Position numbers and translations under genes: made by a program. A model generated the notes under the pieces. The model was not told where the DNA came from. It saw only the letters and a list, made by a program, of their open reading frames with translations, and searched no databases. Shown piece after piece: positions 47,649-57,029 of a stretch of 64,000 nucleotides of DNA (position 1 is its first letter; each line of letters begins with the position of its first letter). Source of the stretch: Planctomycetota bacterium (lineage in GTDB: Bacteria > Planctomycetota > B15-G4 > JADJEK01); NCBI GenBank assembly GCA_044225365.1, contig JBGAIQ010000019.1:1-64000 (forward strand). Direction: 5' to 3'.

Positions 47649-48698
47649 GTGACCTCGCAATCGGTCCACGGCCGCGGCGCGGCCGACAATCCCGACAACC
47701 GATTCGTCCGCCTCACGGTCGAGCCCGATCCGGAGTGCAGCCAAGAAGAGCGGGCGATCGTCACCGAGTACTTCGTCGATGCCTCGAAGACGATCCTGTC
47801 GCGCAACGACAGCCCCGACATCGGATTCGAGTTCAGCGTCAACCCTTATCGGGGCTGCGAGCACGGATGCATCTACTGCTACGCGCGGCCGACGCACGAA
47901 TACCTCGGCCTCTCCGCGGGGCTCGAGTTCGAGAGCAAGATCTTCGTGAAGGAGAAGGCGCCCGAACTCCTGCGCGCGGAACTGATGAACGAGAGGTGGC
48001 GGCCGCAGGCGATCAACTTCTCGGGTGTGACCGATTGTTATCAACCGCTCGAGCGACGGCTGCGCCTCACGCGGCGCTGTCTCGAAGTGCTGATCGAGTT
48101 CAAGAACCCGGCGGCCGTCATCACCAAGAGCGCGCTGATCGAGCGCGACATCGACGTGCTGGCCGAACTCGCGGCGATCGGCGGAGCGCTCGTGGGCATC
48201 ACGATCACGACGCTCGATGAGTCGCTCGCTTCCAAGCTCGAGCCGCGCGCCGCTTCCCCGCGGCGGCGAATCGGCGCGATCGCAGCACTGGCAAACGCGG
48301 GCGTCCCGGTGCACGTGATGACGGCGCCGATCGTGCCCGGGCTCACCGATCACGAGATCCCGGCGATCCTGAAGGCCGCTGCAGAAGCCGGTGCGCGGTC
48401 AGCGGGATGGACTCTTCTGCGGCTCCCGCACGCCGTGAACCCGTTGTTCGAGGACTGGCTCACGCGGTACGCGCCGGGTCAGAAGGAGAAGGTGCTGCGA
48501 CGCATCGAGGACGCGCGCGGCGGCGAGCGGCACGACTCCAGATTCCATGTTCGGATGCGCGGTGAAGGACGCATCGCCGAGGAAGTTGCCGACATGTTCG
48601 CCTTCGCGCGCGACCGCGCGGGCCTCGCGCCGGATGCTCCGAAACTGTCCGCGACGCACTTTCGTCGACCTGGCCCGCAACAGGGCAAGCTCTTCTGA
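47649..48698 (+). CDS. PA0069/Rv2578c family radical SAM protein (SplB-like, DNA repair-associated)
   Basis: GRGA..NP.NRF, SVNPYRGCEHGCIYCYARPTHEYLG, TDCYQPLE; ends QGKLF. Confidence 0.9.
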   Translation: MTSQSVHGRGAADNPDNRFVRLTVEPDPECSQEERAIVTEYFVDASKTILSRNDSPDIGFEFSVNPYRGCEHGCIYCYARPTHEYLGLSAGLEFESKIFVKEKAPELLRAELMNERWRPQAINFSGVTDCYQPLERRLRLTRRCLEVLIEFKNPAAVITKSALIERDIDVLAELAAIGGALVGITITTLDESLASKLEPRAASPRRRIGAIAALANAGVPVHVMTAPIVPGLTDHEIPAILKAAAEAGARSAGWTLLRLPHAVNPLFEDWLTRYAPGQKEKVLRRIEDARGGERHDSRFHVRMRGEGRIAEEVADMFAFARDRAGLAPDAPKLSATHFRRPGPQQGKLF

Positions 48699-48777
48699 TG
48701 GACCGCCAAGCTCCAGCTTGGCTCCTCTCTTCTCTTCCGATGGACCGCCAAGCTCCAGCTTGGCTCCTCTCTTCTCT
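48697..48777. repeat. Tandem pair of GGAC-type REP palindromes (42-bp period)
   Basis: Two copies of GATGGACC-GCCAAGCTCCAGCTTGGC-TCCTCTCTTCTCT between convergent genes. Confidence 0.8.
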
Positions 48778-48801
48778 GAGAGCCCATCGCTCCCACGCTG
48801 C

Positions 48802-49176
48802 TCAGCCCGCCGCTGCCGCCCCCGCAGCCCCGGCGGCCCCGGCACCTGCCGCCGCCTGGTCGCTCGCCTCCTGAGCCGCGAGGATCGCGAGCAGTTCGCT
48901 CCGGTTCGACCCTATGGCGCTCGTGACGTACACGATCCCGCTTCCGAGTCCGGGAAGATCGTTCGTCCAGAGGATCGCGCCGTTCTCTGGGTCGAGCGCG
49001 AAGGCGCGGCCACCCGCCGCGCAGAACACGAGCCCGTCTTCGTAGAGGATCGAGACGACGCCGTAGCCGGTGCTCGGCAGGGAGGTCTGCCAGATGGTCC
49101 TACCGCTCGCCTTCTCGATTGCGGCCACATGACCGTAGGTGCCGAGGAAGAGGAGTTTGTGCGCAGCGATCGTCAT
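48802..49176 (-). CDS. Small PQQ-binding-like beta-propeller repeat protein
   Basis: V.AIEKASG..IW...L and FALDPENG.ILW.N.L.GLG repeats; Ala-rich tail. Confidence 0.75.
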   Translation of the reverse strand: MTIAAHKLLFLGTYGHVAAIEKASGRTIWQTSLPSTGYGVVSILYEDGLVFCAAGGRAFALDPENGAILWTNDLPGLGSGIVYVTSAIGSNRSELLAILAAQEASDQAAAGAGAAGAAGAAAAG

Positions 49177-49279
49177 TTCGCGCCCTCGTAGAGATCGACG
49201 GATCCTCTCCAGTGTACCGCCGATCGACTCCTTTCTATGCTGCGCGGCTTCGTCGCCACCTCCCGATCGGAACCCGAGC

Positions 49280-50593
49280 ATGAACGCAGCCGCGCCGCCG
49301 CTCTCGATCTCGTTGAACATCCGTCTGTCGCTGATGATGTTCCTGCAGCTCGCGATCTGGGGAGCGTGGTTGCCGCTCATGTGGACTTTCCTCGAGACGC
49401 ATCGGCACTTCACGGCCGATCAGATCGGCTTCATGTTCATGGTGGGCGGCGTCGGCGCGATCGCCGCGCCTTTCATCGCGGGGCAGATCGCCGATCGTTG
49501 GTTCAATACGGAGCGATTCCTCGCGATCAGCCATCTCGTCGGGGCGATCCTCGTCTGGCAGCTGGCGAACATCGAGACGTATTCGAGCTTCCTCGTCTTT
49601 TCGCTGCTGTACTCGCTCGTGTATTCCCCGACGCTCTCGCTCACCAATTCGCTCGCGTTCCATCACGTGCCCGATCGCGATCGCGACTTCGGACGAGTTC
49701 GCGTGTGGGGGACGTTTGGCTGGATCGCGGTTGGGATCGGCATCGGCCAGTGGCTCCTGCATCACCACACTCCGCAAGGCGCGAGCGTCGAGGTCGTGAA
49801 GGCGGCGCAAGCAGCGGGCATCGCCGATGCGTTCCGTCTCAGCGCGATCCTCGGCGCGATCATGGGCGTCTTCTGCCTCACCTTGCCCGCAACCCCGCCG
49901 TCGAAGGGCCAGCGTGCGAGTGCGATCGCCGAGGCGCTCCTCGAGATCAAGAAGCAGCCGCTGTTCACGCTCTTCCTTCTCGCGATCCCCGTCTCGTGCG
50001 TTCACCAGTTCTACTTCGTCCACACGGCGAGCTTCCTCGGGAAGTTCCAATCCGAGATGGCGAGCAAGATCAACGAATTCGTTGGCGTGGGCGGCGGCGG
50101 CCTCATGACCATCGGGCAGATGTCGGAGCTCGCCGTGCTCGCGGTGATCCCGTTCGTGGCGCGCGCTCTCTCGCGCAAGACCCTGCTCTCGATCGGAATC
50201 CTGGCGTACGCCGTCCGCATGGCGCTGTTCGCGTACGTTCATCCCATTCACGAAGCCACGGGGCTCCCTGAAGTGGCGATCCTGATCACCGGCATCGCGA
50301 TGCACGGGATCTGCTTCGGGTGCTTCATCTTCGTCGCGTTCATGGTGATCGACGAGGAGACGACGAGCGACGTGCGGGCGACGGCGCAGAGCCTATTCGG
50401 CCTCGTCGTCTTCGGCGTCGGCATCATCGTGGGATCGATCGTCGCGGCGCGAGTCGCGGACTGGGCGAAACAGGTAGAGAGCGAGTACTACACGCGCCTG
50501 TTCAGCGTGCCGTTCTACGGCGCGATCCTCTGCGTCGTGCTGTTGCTGTTGCTCTACCCGAATCGGAGCCGAATCGCGGAGGACCCAGCGTGA
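49280..50593 (+). CDS. MFS nucleoside:H+ symporter (NupG/YegT family)
   Basis: LSLMMFLQ..IWGAW, ADRWF..ER, F..VRVWGT.GWI, GQMSE, HGICF. Confidence 0.9.
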   Translation: MNAAAPPLSISLNIRLSLMMFLQLAIWGAWLPLMWTFLETHRHFTADQIGFMFMVGGVGAIAAPFIAGQIADRWFNTERFLAISHLVGAILVWQLANIETYSSFLVFSLLYSLVYSPTLSLTNSLAFHHVPDRDRDFGRVRVWGTFGWIAVGIGIGQWLLHHHTPQGASVEVVKAAQAAGIADAFRLSAILGAIMGVFCLTLPATPPSKGQRASAIAEALLEIKKQPLFTLFLLAIPVSCVHQFYFVHTASFLGKFQSEMASKINEFVGVGGGGLMTIGQMSELAVLAVIPFVARALSRKTLLSIGILAYAVRMALFAYVHPIHEATGLPEVAILITGIAMHGICFGCFIFVAFMVIDEETTSDVRATAQSLFGLVVFGVGIIVGSIVAARVADWAKQVESEYYTRLFSVPFYGAILCVVLLLLLYPNRSRIAEDPA

Positions 50594-51078
50594 AGCTCGC
50601 CGGTCTCGCGATCCTCGAGTTGGCCTCGTGCTGCGCCTTCGTGTTGGTGGGCTGCGCCGCGGGCCCCGCGAGAACGGAGGCCGAGGTCTTCGCTCGCCAC
50701 GCGGTCCTGCAGCGCCTCGACGACTACATGGTCGCATCGCGCGCCGTGGATGCCGATGCGATCGCGGCCTTCTACTCGACGACCGGAACGCTCTTCGAAC
50801 CCGGGATCGAGCCCATCGTGTCGGCCGATGCGATCCGCTCTTTCATCCGGTCGTTCCCCGGCGCGATGGTCGAAGTCGCCAACGTGACCCCGGACGAGGT
50901 CGAAGTGTTCGGCGCCACCGTTGTGATCTGGGGCTCGTACCACGAGCGCCTGAGTTTCCCGGGCCAGCCCGTCAGCGAGCAGGATGGGAAGTTCGTGATG
51001 GAGTGGAAGAAGGATCCATACGGCGTGTGGCTCGTCGAGCGGTTGCTCCGCGTGCCCTTGCCGCCCAAGACGCCGTGA
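50590..51078 (+). CDS. NTF2-like/DUF4440 lipoprotein
   Basis: Lipobox LVGC; DADAIAAFY, GKF..EWKK...G.W.V. Confidence 0.7.
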   Translation: MKLAGLAILELASCCAFVLVGCAAGPARTEAEVFARHAVLQRLDDYMVASRAVDADAIAAFYSTTGTLFEPGIEPIVSADAIRSFIRSFPGAMVEVANVTPDEVEVFGATVVIWGSYHERLSFPGQPVSEQDGKFVMEWKKDPYGVWLVERLLRVPLPPKTP

Positions 51079-51082
51079 TGCG

Positions 51083-51298
51083 GGAGCGCCGGGCTCTGCC
51101 CGGCAATGGGGCGGCGATGCGGAGGAAAGAAGATGCCAGGCTGGAGCCTGGCGGTCCGCCTGGCGGTCCGAATTTGGAGCGCCGGGCTCTGCCCGGCAAT
51201 GGGGCGGCGATGCGGAGGAAAGAAGATGCCAGGCTGGAGCCTGGCGCTCCGCCTGGCGGTCCACCTGGCGGTCCACCGGGCGCTCCGCCTGGTGGTCC
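51083..51298. repeat. REP doublet array (93-bp period) with 12-bp tail repeats
   Basis: Two copies of GGAGC-GCCGGGCTCTGCCCGGC...GCCAGGCTGGAGCCTGGC, then CCTGGCGGTCC-like repeats; between convergent genes. Confidence 0.8.
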
Positions 51299-51304
51299 GG
51301 CCGC

Positions 51305-54085
51305 TCAATCCTTCATGCGATACGCGTCGTTCGTCGGGCGGACGGCGCGGGCGAAGTGGAGGGGGCGTCGGAGGCCACCGGGATGTACCGGCCGGGCTTT
51401 CTTCACCCACTCCTCGAAGACCTCCATCGACTTCTTCGTGTCGATGAACACGTCGCCGTATTGATCGCCTTCGCGCGCTCGTTCCACCGTCACCGCCTGG
51501 TGCCAGCAGTGCATTCCGGAGACCGGGTCGGGCTGGACGCAGAACGTAAGGTTCTGATGCACTCCGCCGTCGGTCCACCACACGCGCTTGCTGTCGGGGT
51601 CCTTGCTCTCGAACGGAGCGACGTCCTTCAGGCGTGAGAAGCGCACCTTGCCCGCGGCGTCGATCTCCTTCTTCACGAGCGCGCTCGCCCAGCGATCCGT
51701 GCCGACCGTCTCGAAGAGACGCCAGCGTCCGAGGTGATGCGAGCACGCGATCACGCCGGGCCGGATGCCCTCGGTCACCCAGGCGCGATTCACGAAGTGC
51801 CCGATCCGGGTCGATACACGCACGAGTCCGGCCATCTCGATGCCGAGGCGTTTCGCGTCCTCCGGATGGACCCAGACGGGATTCGTGTTCGATAGCTCGT
51901 ACAGCCACTTCGCATTCGCGGACCGCGTGTGGATGAGCGTCGGAAGACGGAACGTCGCGACGAGCACCATCTGGCCCTTCGCCGGATCCATGTGCTTGCG
52001 ATGGACGTGGCTCTCGATGTAGGTCGGCAGCGCGAACTCGGGCCAGCCCCAGTCGGAAGTCGTCTTGCTGTAGATCTCGAGCCGCTTGCTCGGCGTCGTG
52101 AACCCGGTTACGGGCTTGCCGTCGGCGACGATGCCGACCTTCGCGCCGTCCTTCGTCACATCGTTCGACTTCTCGTCGATCGTGGCGCCCGTCGCGACCG
52201 CGGCAGCGAGCGACTTCTTGTGGCCGTCCCAGGTCTCCTTCTCGACGAGGAACGCGCCGTGGCGGCGCATGTACTCGAGCGGAGTCATGCCGTGTTTCTT
52301 CGCTTCTTCCGGAAGGCCCGGCACGGAGTTCTCGAAGATCCAGCGGTAGTACTCGGGGACCGTGATCTTCTCGGCTTTGCCGGGGCGATACGGATTCTCG
52401 TAGTACTTGCGGACCCCGAGACTGCCGTCGGGATCGATCGCCCAAGAGAGCTCGATCCAGAATTCGTCCTCCTCCCACACGTCGCCGGGGTTCGTGTCGC
52501 GAGTGCAGTCGACCTTCTTGCCCTGCAGCTCCATCATCGCGCGGACGACGGGCTGGCGGAAGCCGAGCCATTTCGCGGAGTGCGTCTCCTGGCTTTGCAG
52601 GTCGTGACGCTCGGCGCCGACGCCCATCGGAAGGACGTAGTCCGCGTACTGCGCGGTCTCGCTCCACACCGGCGTGAGCGCGGCGTGCAGCTCGATCATC
52701 GATTCATCCTTCAGCACCTGCTCCCAGAGCATGCCGTCGGGATTCGTCCACACCGGGTTGTAGACGCGCGTGAAGTAGGCGGAGAGCTTCTTCCTGCGCG
52801 ACAACATCAGGTGGGGGAGCAGGAACGAGAGCTCGTGATGCGAGAGGGGCCACTCGGGGGGATAGAGCAGCTCGTTCCACACGTTCTGCGGCGGCGGCTT
52901 GAGGAACGGCGCCGGCACGAACTTGTCGGACGTGTTGAGATTCGTTCCGCCCTTCGCATTGATCGCGCCGACCAGCACCGAGACGAACGCGAGGCAGCGT
53001 GCGACCTGCCAACCGCCTTCGTTGCCGGAGGCAGCCGAACGCCAGACGTGCGAAGCGAACGCGGATCCGGCCTTGCCGATCTCGCGCGCGACCTCGACGA
53101 TCGTCGCCGCCGCTACGCCGCACTCGGCCTCGGCGGCCTGCGGCGTGTACTTCGCGTAGTGTTTCTTCAGCGCCGCGAGGAACGCATCGAAGCCGGTCGC
53201 CCCGGGATCGAGCTGGGCGAGCGTCTCCTGCCAATTGGTCCACGTCCGCAGGAACTCGCGGTCGAAGAGATCCTCGGCGAGCAGCACCTGAGCGAAGGCG
53301 AGCAGGAGGAAGGCTTCGGTGCCGGGATGCGGCGCGAGCCAGTAATCGGCGACCGACGCCGTGTTCGACAATCGCACGTCGATCGCGGCGATCTTCGCGC
53401 CCTTCATCTTGCCGTCGATGATGCGCTGCGCGTGGGGATTGAAGTAGTGACCGGTTTCGAGGTGCGACGAGATCAGGAGGATGAACTTCGCGTTCTCATG
53501 ATCGGGCGACGGGCGATCGGCGCCCTGCCACAATGCGTAGCCGAGGCGGGCCGCGCCCGAGCAGACGTTGGTGTGCGAGTTGTGGCCGTCGACGCCCCAG
53601 CTTTGGAGCACGCGATCCATGTAGCCGTCGTGGCCGGGACGGCCGACGTGATACATCACCTCGGTCCGCCGGTTCTCGATGAGCGCCTTGCGGATCTGCG
53701 CCGCGAAGACCTCGATCACGTGCTCCCACGTGCAGGGCTCGAACTTACCGCTGCCGCGTGGGCCGACGCGCTTCAGCGGAGTGAGGATGCGCTCGGGATC
53801 CTGGATCTGCGAAAGCGTCGCCGGTCCCTTCGCGCAGTTGCGACCCCGCGAGCCGGGGTGATAGGGGTTGCCCTCGACCTTGCGGATCGAGTGATCCTCC
53901 TTGTCGATGTACGCGACGAGGCCGCAGGCCGCTTCGCAGTTGAAGCAGGTCGTCGGCACCAACGTGTAATGCTTCTCGACGCGCTTCGGCCAGGCCTTCG
54001 AATCGAGCTCGACCCAGTCGTTCCACTTCTCGAAGGGCGGGAAGGACTCGAGCGGAGTCACGCGCATTTCGGCGGAATCACTCAT
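51305..54085 (-). CDS. Molybdopterin oxidoreductase catalytic subunit (DMSOR superfamily, Psr/Ttr-like)
   Basis: CFNCEAAC...C 4Fe-4S motif, CAKG, DPERI..PLKR.G.RG.G, SHTNVCS, SETA.YAD.VLP, C-terminal HPEDA..LGI. Confidence 0.92.
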   Translation of the reverse strand: MSDSAEMRVTPLESFPPFEKWNDWVELDSKAWPKRVEKHYTLVPTTCFNCEAACGLVAYIDKEDHSIRKVEGNPYHPGSRGRNCAKGPATLSQIQDPERILTPLKRVGPRGSGKFEPCTWEHVIEVFAAQIRKALIENRRTEVMYHVGRPGHDGYMDRVLQSWGVDGHNSHTNVCSGAARLGYALWQGADRPSPDHENAKFILLISSHLETGHYFNPHAQRIIDGKMKGAKIAAIDVRLSNTASVADYWLAPHPGTEAFLLLAFAQVLLAEDLFDREFLRTWTNWQETLAQLDPGATGFDAFLAALKKHYAKYTPQAAEAECGVAAATIVEVAREIGKAGSAFASHVWRSAASGNEGGWQVARCLAFVSVLVGAINAKGGTNLNTSDKFVPAPFLKPPPQNVWNELLYPPEWPLSHHELSFLLPHLMLSRRKKLSAYFTRVYNPVWTNPDGMLWEQVLKDESMIELHAALTPVWSETAQYADYVLPMGVGAERHDLQSQETHSAKWLGFRQPVVRAMMELQGKKVDCTRDTNPGDVWEEDEFWIELSWAIDPDGSLGVRKYYENPYRPGKAEKITVPEYYRWIFENSVPGLPEEAKKHGMTPLEYMRRHGAFLVEKETWDGHKKSLAAAVATGATIDEKSNDVTKDGAKVGIVADGKPVTGFTTPSKRLEIYSKTTSDWGWPEFALPTYIESHVHRKHMDPAKGQMVLVATFRLPTLIHTRSANAKWLYELSNTNPVWVHPEDAKRLGIEMAGLVRVSTRIGHFVNRAWVTEGIRPGVIACSHHLGRWRLFETVGTDRWASALVKKEIDAAGKVRFSRLKDVAPFESKDPDSKRVWWTDGGVHQNLTFCVQPDPVSGMHCWHQAVTVERAREGDQYGDVFIDTKKSMEVFEEWVKKARPVHPGGLRRPLHFARAVRPTNDAYRMKD

Positions 54086-54091
54086 GGTGTC

Positions 54092-55564
54092 TCACGACAA
54101 CGGCGGTAGCTGGCCTGCGCGGACGAAGGCAGCTTCGAACAGGAACAACGCGAACAGAGCGGGGATCCAGGCGATCATTGGTGCGAAGAGCGCGAGAGGG
54201 ATCGCGAGGAGGGAGAGCGCGATTCCGGTCGAGTAGGCCGGGATCGATCCAAAGCGCACTGCGGTGAGGAATCCAGCGGCCTGCCGTGCGTTCGCCGTGG
54301 CGTGTTTCTTGATCGGCTCCAGGATCGCGAGGAGTACGTGCGCGACGCTTGCCACGATCGCCACGATCGCGAGCGGGCGCGGCGAGTCCGAGAACGGCAA
54401 CAGCGCAAACGCTCCCGCGAGCACGGCCTGCGCGACGAGATGTGGCAGCACGAGCGAGCTCTGCCACAGATCGCGCCCTTCGCACTGCTTGAGCAGGAAC
54501 GCGGTGTAGGCGGCGGCGGCGAAGCCGAACAAGACGTTGGGGATCCGCAATAGGTCCGCGACGCCGTCGAAGCCGAGGAATCGCAGACCGAGGATTGCCG
54601 ATGTCGTCATCGAGAAGGCGATCAGGATGTAGGCACCCTTCACGAGCCAGCTCGTCCGATTGCCGCGAGTCAGGAGCGTGAGGAACTTCCATGGCCGCTT
54701 CAGATCCTCGACCAGGATCGCCGTCGTGATCGTGGTGAAGACGAGCGCGAGGATCTCGGGAGCGTACCGCCCCTTGTTCGCGAGGATTCCGAACGTGGCG
54801 ACGAGCGGCGCGAGCAGCGCGGCGCCGCCCGCGATTCCCTTGGTGAGGAAGTAGAGCGAGACCGCGGCTCCCCATTCGACCTTGTGCCCGGTGTCGAGCA
54901 CCGTGGTCACGTTCGGCAGCGTCGGCACGCTCTCGGGCCACGCTTCCGGTTTGCTCTTCGGCTTGTCGCTCCACAAGTAGATCGGCGGTCGCGCGGCGGC
55001 GCCCGGCGCGAGGATCGAGGGCTCGTGGCCGACGTAATGCACGTTCGGGCCCGTGTTCTGCTCGGGCCGTCGCACCTCGGTCGCGAGCTCGCGAGTCATG
55101 ATCGAGATCTTCGAGTTCGGATCGTGCAGGTCACCCGGGATGATCGCTTGTTCGGGACACACGATGACGCATGCCGGCTCGAGACCCTGCTCGAGGCGAT
55201 GGTTGCAGAAGTGGCACTTCTCGACGGCGCCCTTGTCCTCGTTCAGGTAGATCGCGTCGTAGGGGCAGGCCTGCATGCACGCGCGGCAACCGATGCAGAC
55301 GTCGCGATCGATGTCGACGACGCCGTTCTTCTCCTTGGAGAGCGCGGTCACCGGGCAGATCGTGACGCAGGGCGCGTTCGTGCAGTGGTTGCACCGCAGC
55401 ACGGCGAAGTGTCGCTTCACCGTCGGAAACGTTCCCGTCTCCTGGTACTTGACCCAGGTGCGGAAATCGCCGACCGGGACGTCGTTCTCGGACTTGCAGG
55501 CGACGGTGCACGCGTGGCAGCCGATGCATCGCCGATGATCGATCAAAAAGCCGTACTGGGTCAC
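54092..55564 (-). CDS. 4Fe-4S dicluster protein fused to NrfD/PsrC-type membrane anchor
   Basis: CIGCHAC..AC, CNHC..APC..ICP, CIGCRAC.QACP, KCHFC...PAC..VCP, then W...VSLY...DL.RP..F....SWL TM domain. Confidence 0.92.
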   Translation of the reverse strand: MTQYGFLIDHRRCIGCHACTVACKSENDVPVGDFRTWVKYQETGTFPTVKRHFAVLRCNHCTNAPCVTICPVTALSKEKNGVVDIDRDVCIGCRACMQACPYDAIYLNEDKGAVEKCHFCNHRLEQGLEPACVIVCPEQAIIPGDLHDPNSKISIMTRELATEVRRPEQNTGPNVHYVGHEPSILAPGAAARPPIYLWSDKPKSKPEAWPESVPTLPNVTTVLDTGHKVEWGAAVSLYFLTKGIAGGAALLAPLVATFGILANKGRYAPEILALVFTTITTAILVEDLKRPWKFLTLLTRGNRTSWLVKGAYILIAFSMTTSAILGLRFLGFDGVADLLRIPNVLFGFAAAAYTAFLLKQCEGRDLWQSSLVLPHLVAQAVLAGAFALLPFSDSPRPLAIVAIVASVAHVLLAILEPIKKHATANARQAAGFLTAVRFGSIPAYSTGIALSLLAIPLALFAPMIAWIPALFALFLFEAAFVRAGQLPPLS

Positions 55565-55721
55565 GAACGGTTCCTCGCTTCGAAGGTGTGAGAAGCTACC
55601 CGAGGAACGGTTCGGAACGCTCGAGATTCAGCCCTGGAGCGGCCGCGCGTTTCGGATCCAGAAGGGGCGCGGTATCCTCCGCCAGGACGCTTCGGTTTCC
55701 CCGTGCCCTGCGGAGTCCTCG

Positions 55722-57029
55722 ATGATCGCGCTCCTTCCATTCTTCTCGTTCCTTTTTCCCGCCTCGGGAGTGCTCGCCGCAGCGCAAGAGCAAGCGGGCG
55801 ACGTCGTCGGCACCGGCTCCTTCGAGCTGAACAGCCACCTCGCGCGCGGCGATTTCTATCGCGACAACTTCCTCGGCTTCACGCCCGCGACGATCGCGCT
55901 CTCGAAGGACAAACCCTCGAGCGTCGCGAAGATCCCCGCCGTCGCAGATTCCGCGCTCTACGGGACCGTGGTGTTCGGGAACGGCCCGCATGCGGCGACG
56001 AACGTCCTCGTCGACGACGCCGCGAAGAAGATCTTCATCGATGCCAATCAAGATGGCGATCTCTCGAACGATCCAGAGGTGAAGTGGAGCAAGGTCGACA
56101 AGAACGAGCGCGGCGAGTTCCTCTCCGGTGAGTTCGAGTTCCTCGCCTCGTGGAAACTCTCGGACGGGAAGTTCACGGCGGGGAGGTACGAGATCGCGAT
56201 GTACCGCGGCGCGGGCGACGCCCGCGCGTTCTACTACCCGTTGAGCGGACTCTCGGGGAAGGTGACGATCGAGGGCAAGACGTATTCAGCGGCGATGATC
56301 GACGTCGGAGGTCCGACCGGGGGACACGCCTTGTTCGGTTCGCCCGGGGCCGATGGCGCGGCGACGGCGGCGCCCACATTGCTCATCGACCTCGACGCCG
56401 ATGGCACGTTTCGTTCCCTCGGCCACGGCGAGGCGTTCGGCACGGACGGTGAACGCGCGTCTCCGATCGGTGAGGCCTGGTACCTGTTCTCGGCGTCGGA
56501 CTTCGGAACCCGGCTCGCCGTGAAGAAGGGCGACATCCCCCTCGAGGTGAAGTACCGCAAGCCGATGGCGAAGGCGGGCGACGTCGCGCCGGGCTTCGAC
56601 ATGATCGGCGCCGACGGATCGAGATCGAGCCTCGCCGATCGCAAGGGCAAGGTCGTCCTCGTCGACTTCTGGGCGACGTGGTGCGGCCCGTGCCAGAAAG
56701 CGATGCCGATGGTTCAGCAGATGCACGAGAAGACGAAGGACCGAAAGGACTTCGAGATCATCGGTCTCTGCGTCGGCGACGAGAAGACGGCGTTCGACGA
56801 GTGGGTCGTCAAGAACCGCGAGAAGTACACGTTCACGATCGGCTTCGACCCCGTCGGCAGGAAGGTCGAAGAGAATGCGCAGATGTTCCGCTGGGGCATC
56901 TCGGGCATTCCCTTCGGCGCCGTCATCGACAAGGAAGGAAAGGTCGTGGAGACCGTCACCGGCTACACGCCGGAGAACGAGAAGAAGATCAAGGACGCGC
57001 TGAAGAAGCTCGGTGTCGACGTCGAGTGA
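55722..57029 (+). CDS. Secreted TlpA-family thiol-disulfide oxidoreductase with N-terminal extension
   Basis: GKVVLVDFWATWCGPC, GIP, IDKEGKV; signal peptide. Confidence 0.88.
   Translation: MIALLPFFSFLFPASGVLAAAQEQAGDVVGTGSFELNSHLARGDFYRDNFLGFTPATIALSKDKPSSVAKIPAVADSALYGTVVFGNGPHAATNVLVDDAAKKIFIDANQDGDLSNDPEVKWSKVDKNERGEFLSGEFEFLASWKLSDGKFTAGRYEIAMYRGAGDARAFYYPLSGLSGKVTIEGKTYSAAMIDVGGPTGGHALFGSPGADGAATAAPTLLIDLDADGTFRSLGHGEAFGTDGERASPIGEAWYLFSASDFGTRLAVKKGDIPLEVKYRKPMAKAGDVAPGFDMIGADGSRSSLADRKGKVVLVDFWATWCGPCQKAMPMVQQMHEKTKDRKDFEIIGLCVGDEKTAFDEWVVKNREKYTFTIGFDPVGRKVEENAQMFRWGISGIPFGAVIDKEGKVVETVTGYTPENEKKIKDALKKLGVDVE

Noticed and set aside
47649-48698. Second radical SAM as part of the RiPP cluster
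   Set aside because: It belongs to the widespread PA0069/SplB-like family with no SPASM domain and is probably just a neighbour; co-transcription cannot be excluded
55565-55613. Imperfect inverted repeat GAACGGTTCCTCG...CGAGGAACGGTTC upstream of the Fe-S/NrfD gene
   Set aside because: Single occurrence with no recognisable regulator motif; spacing does not fit the candidate LexA box
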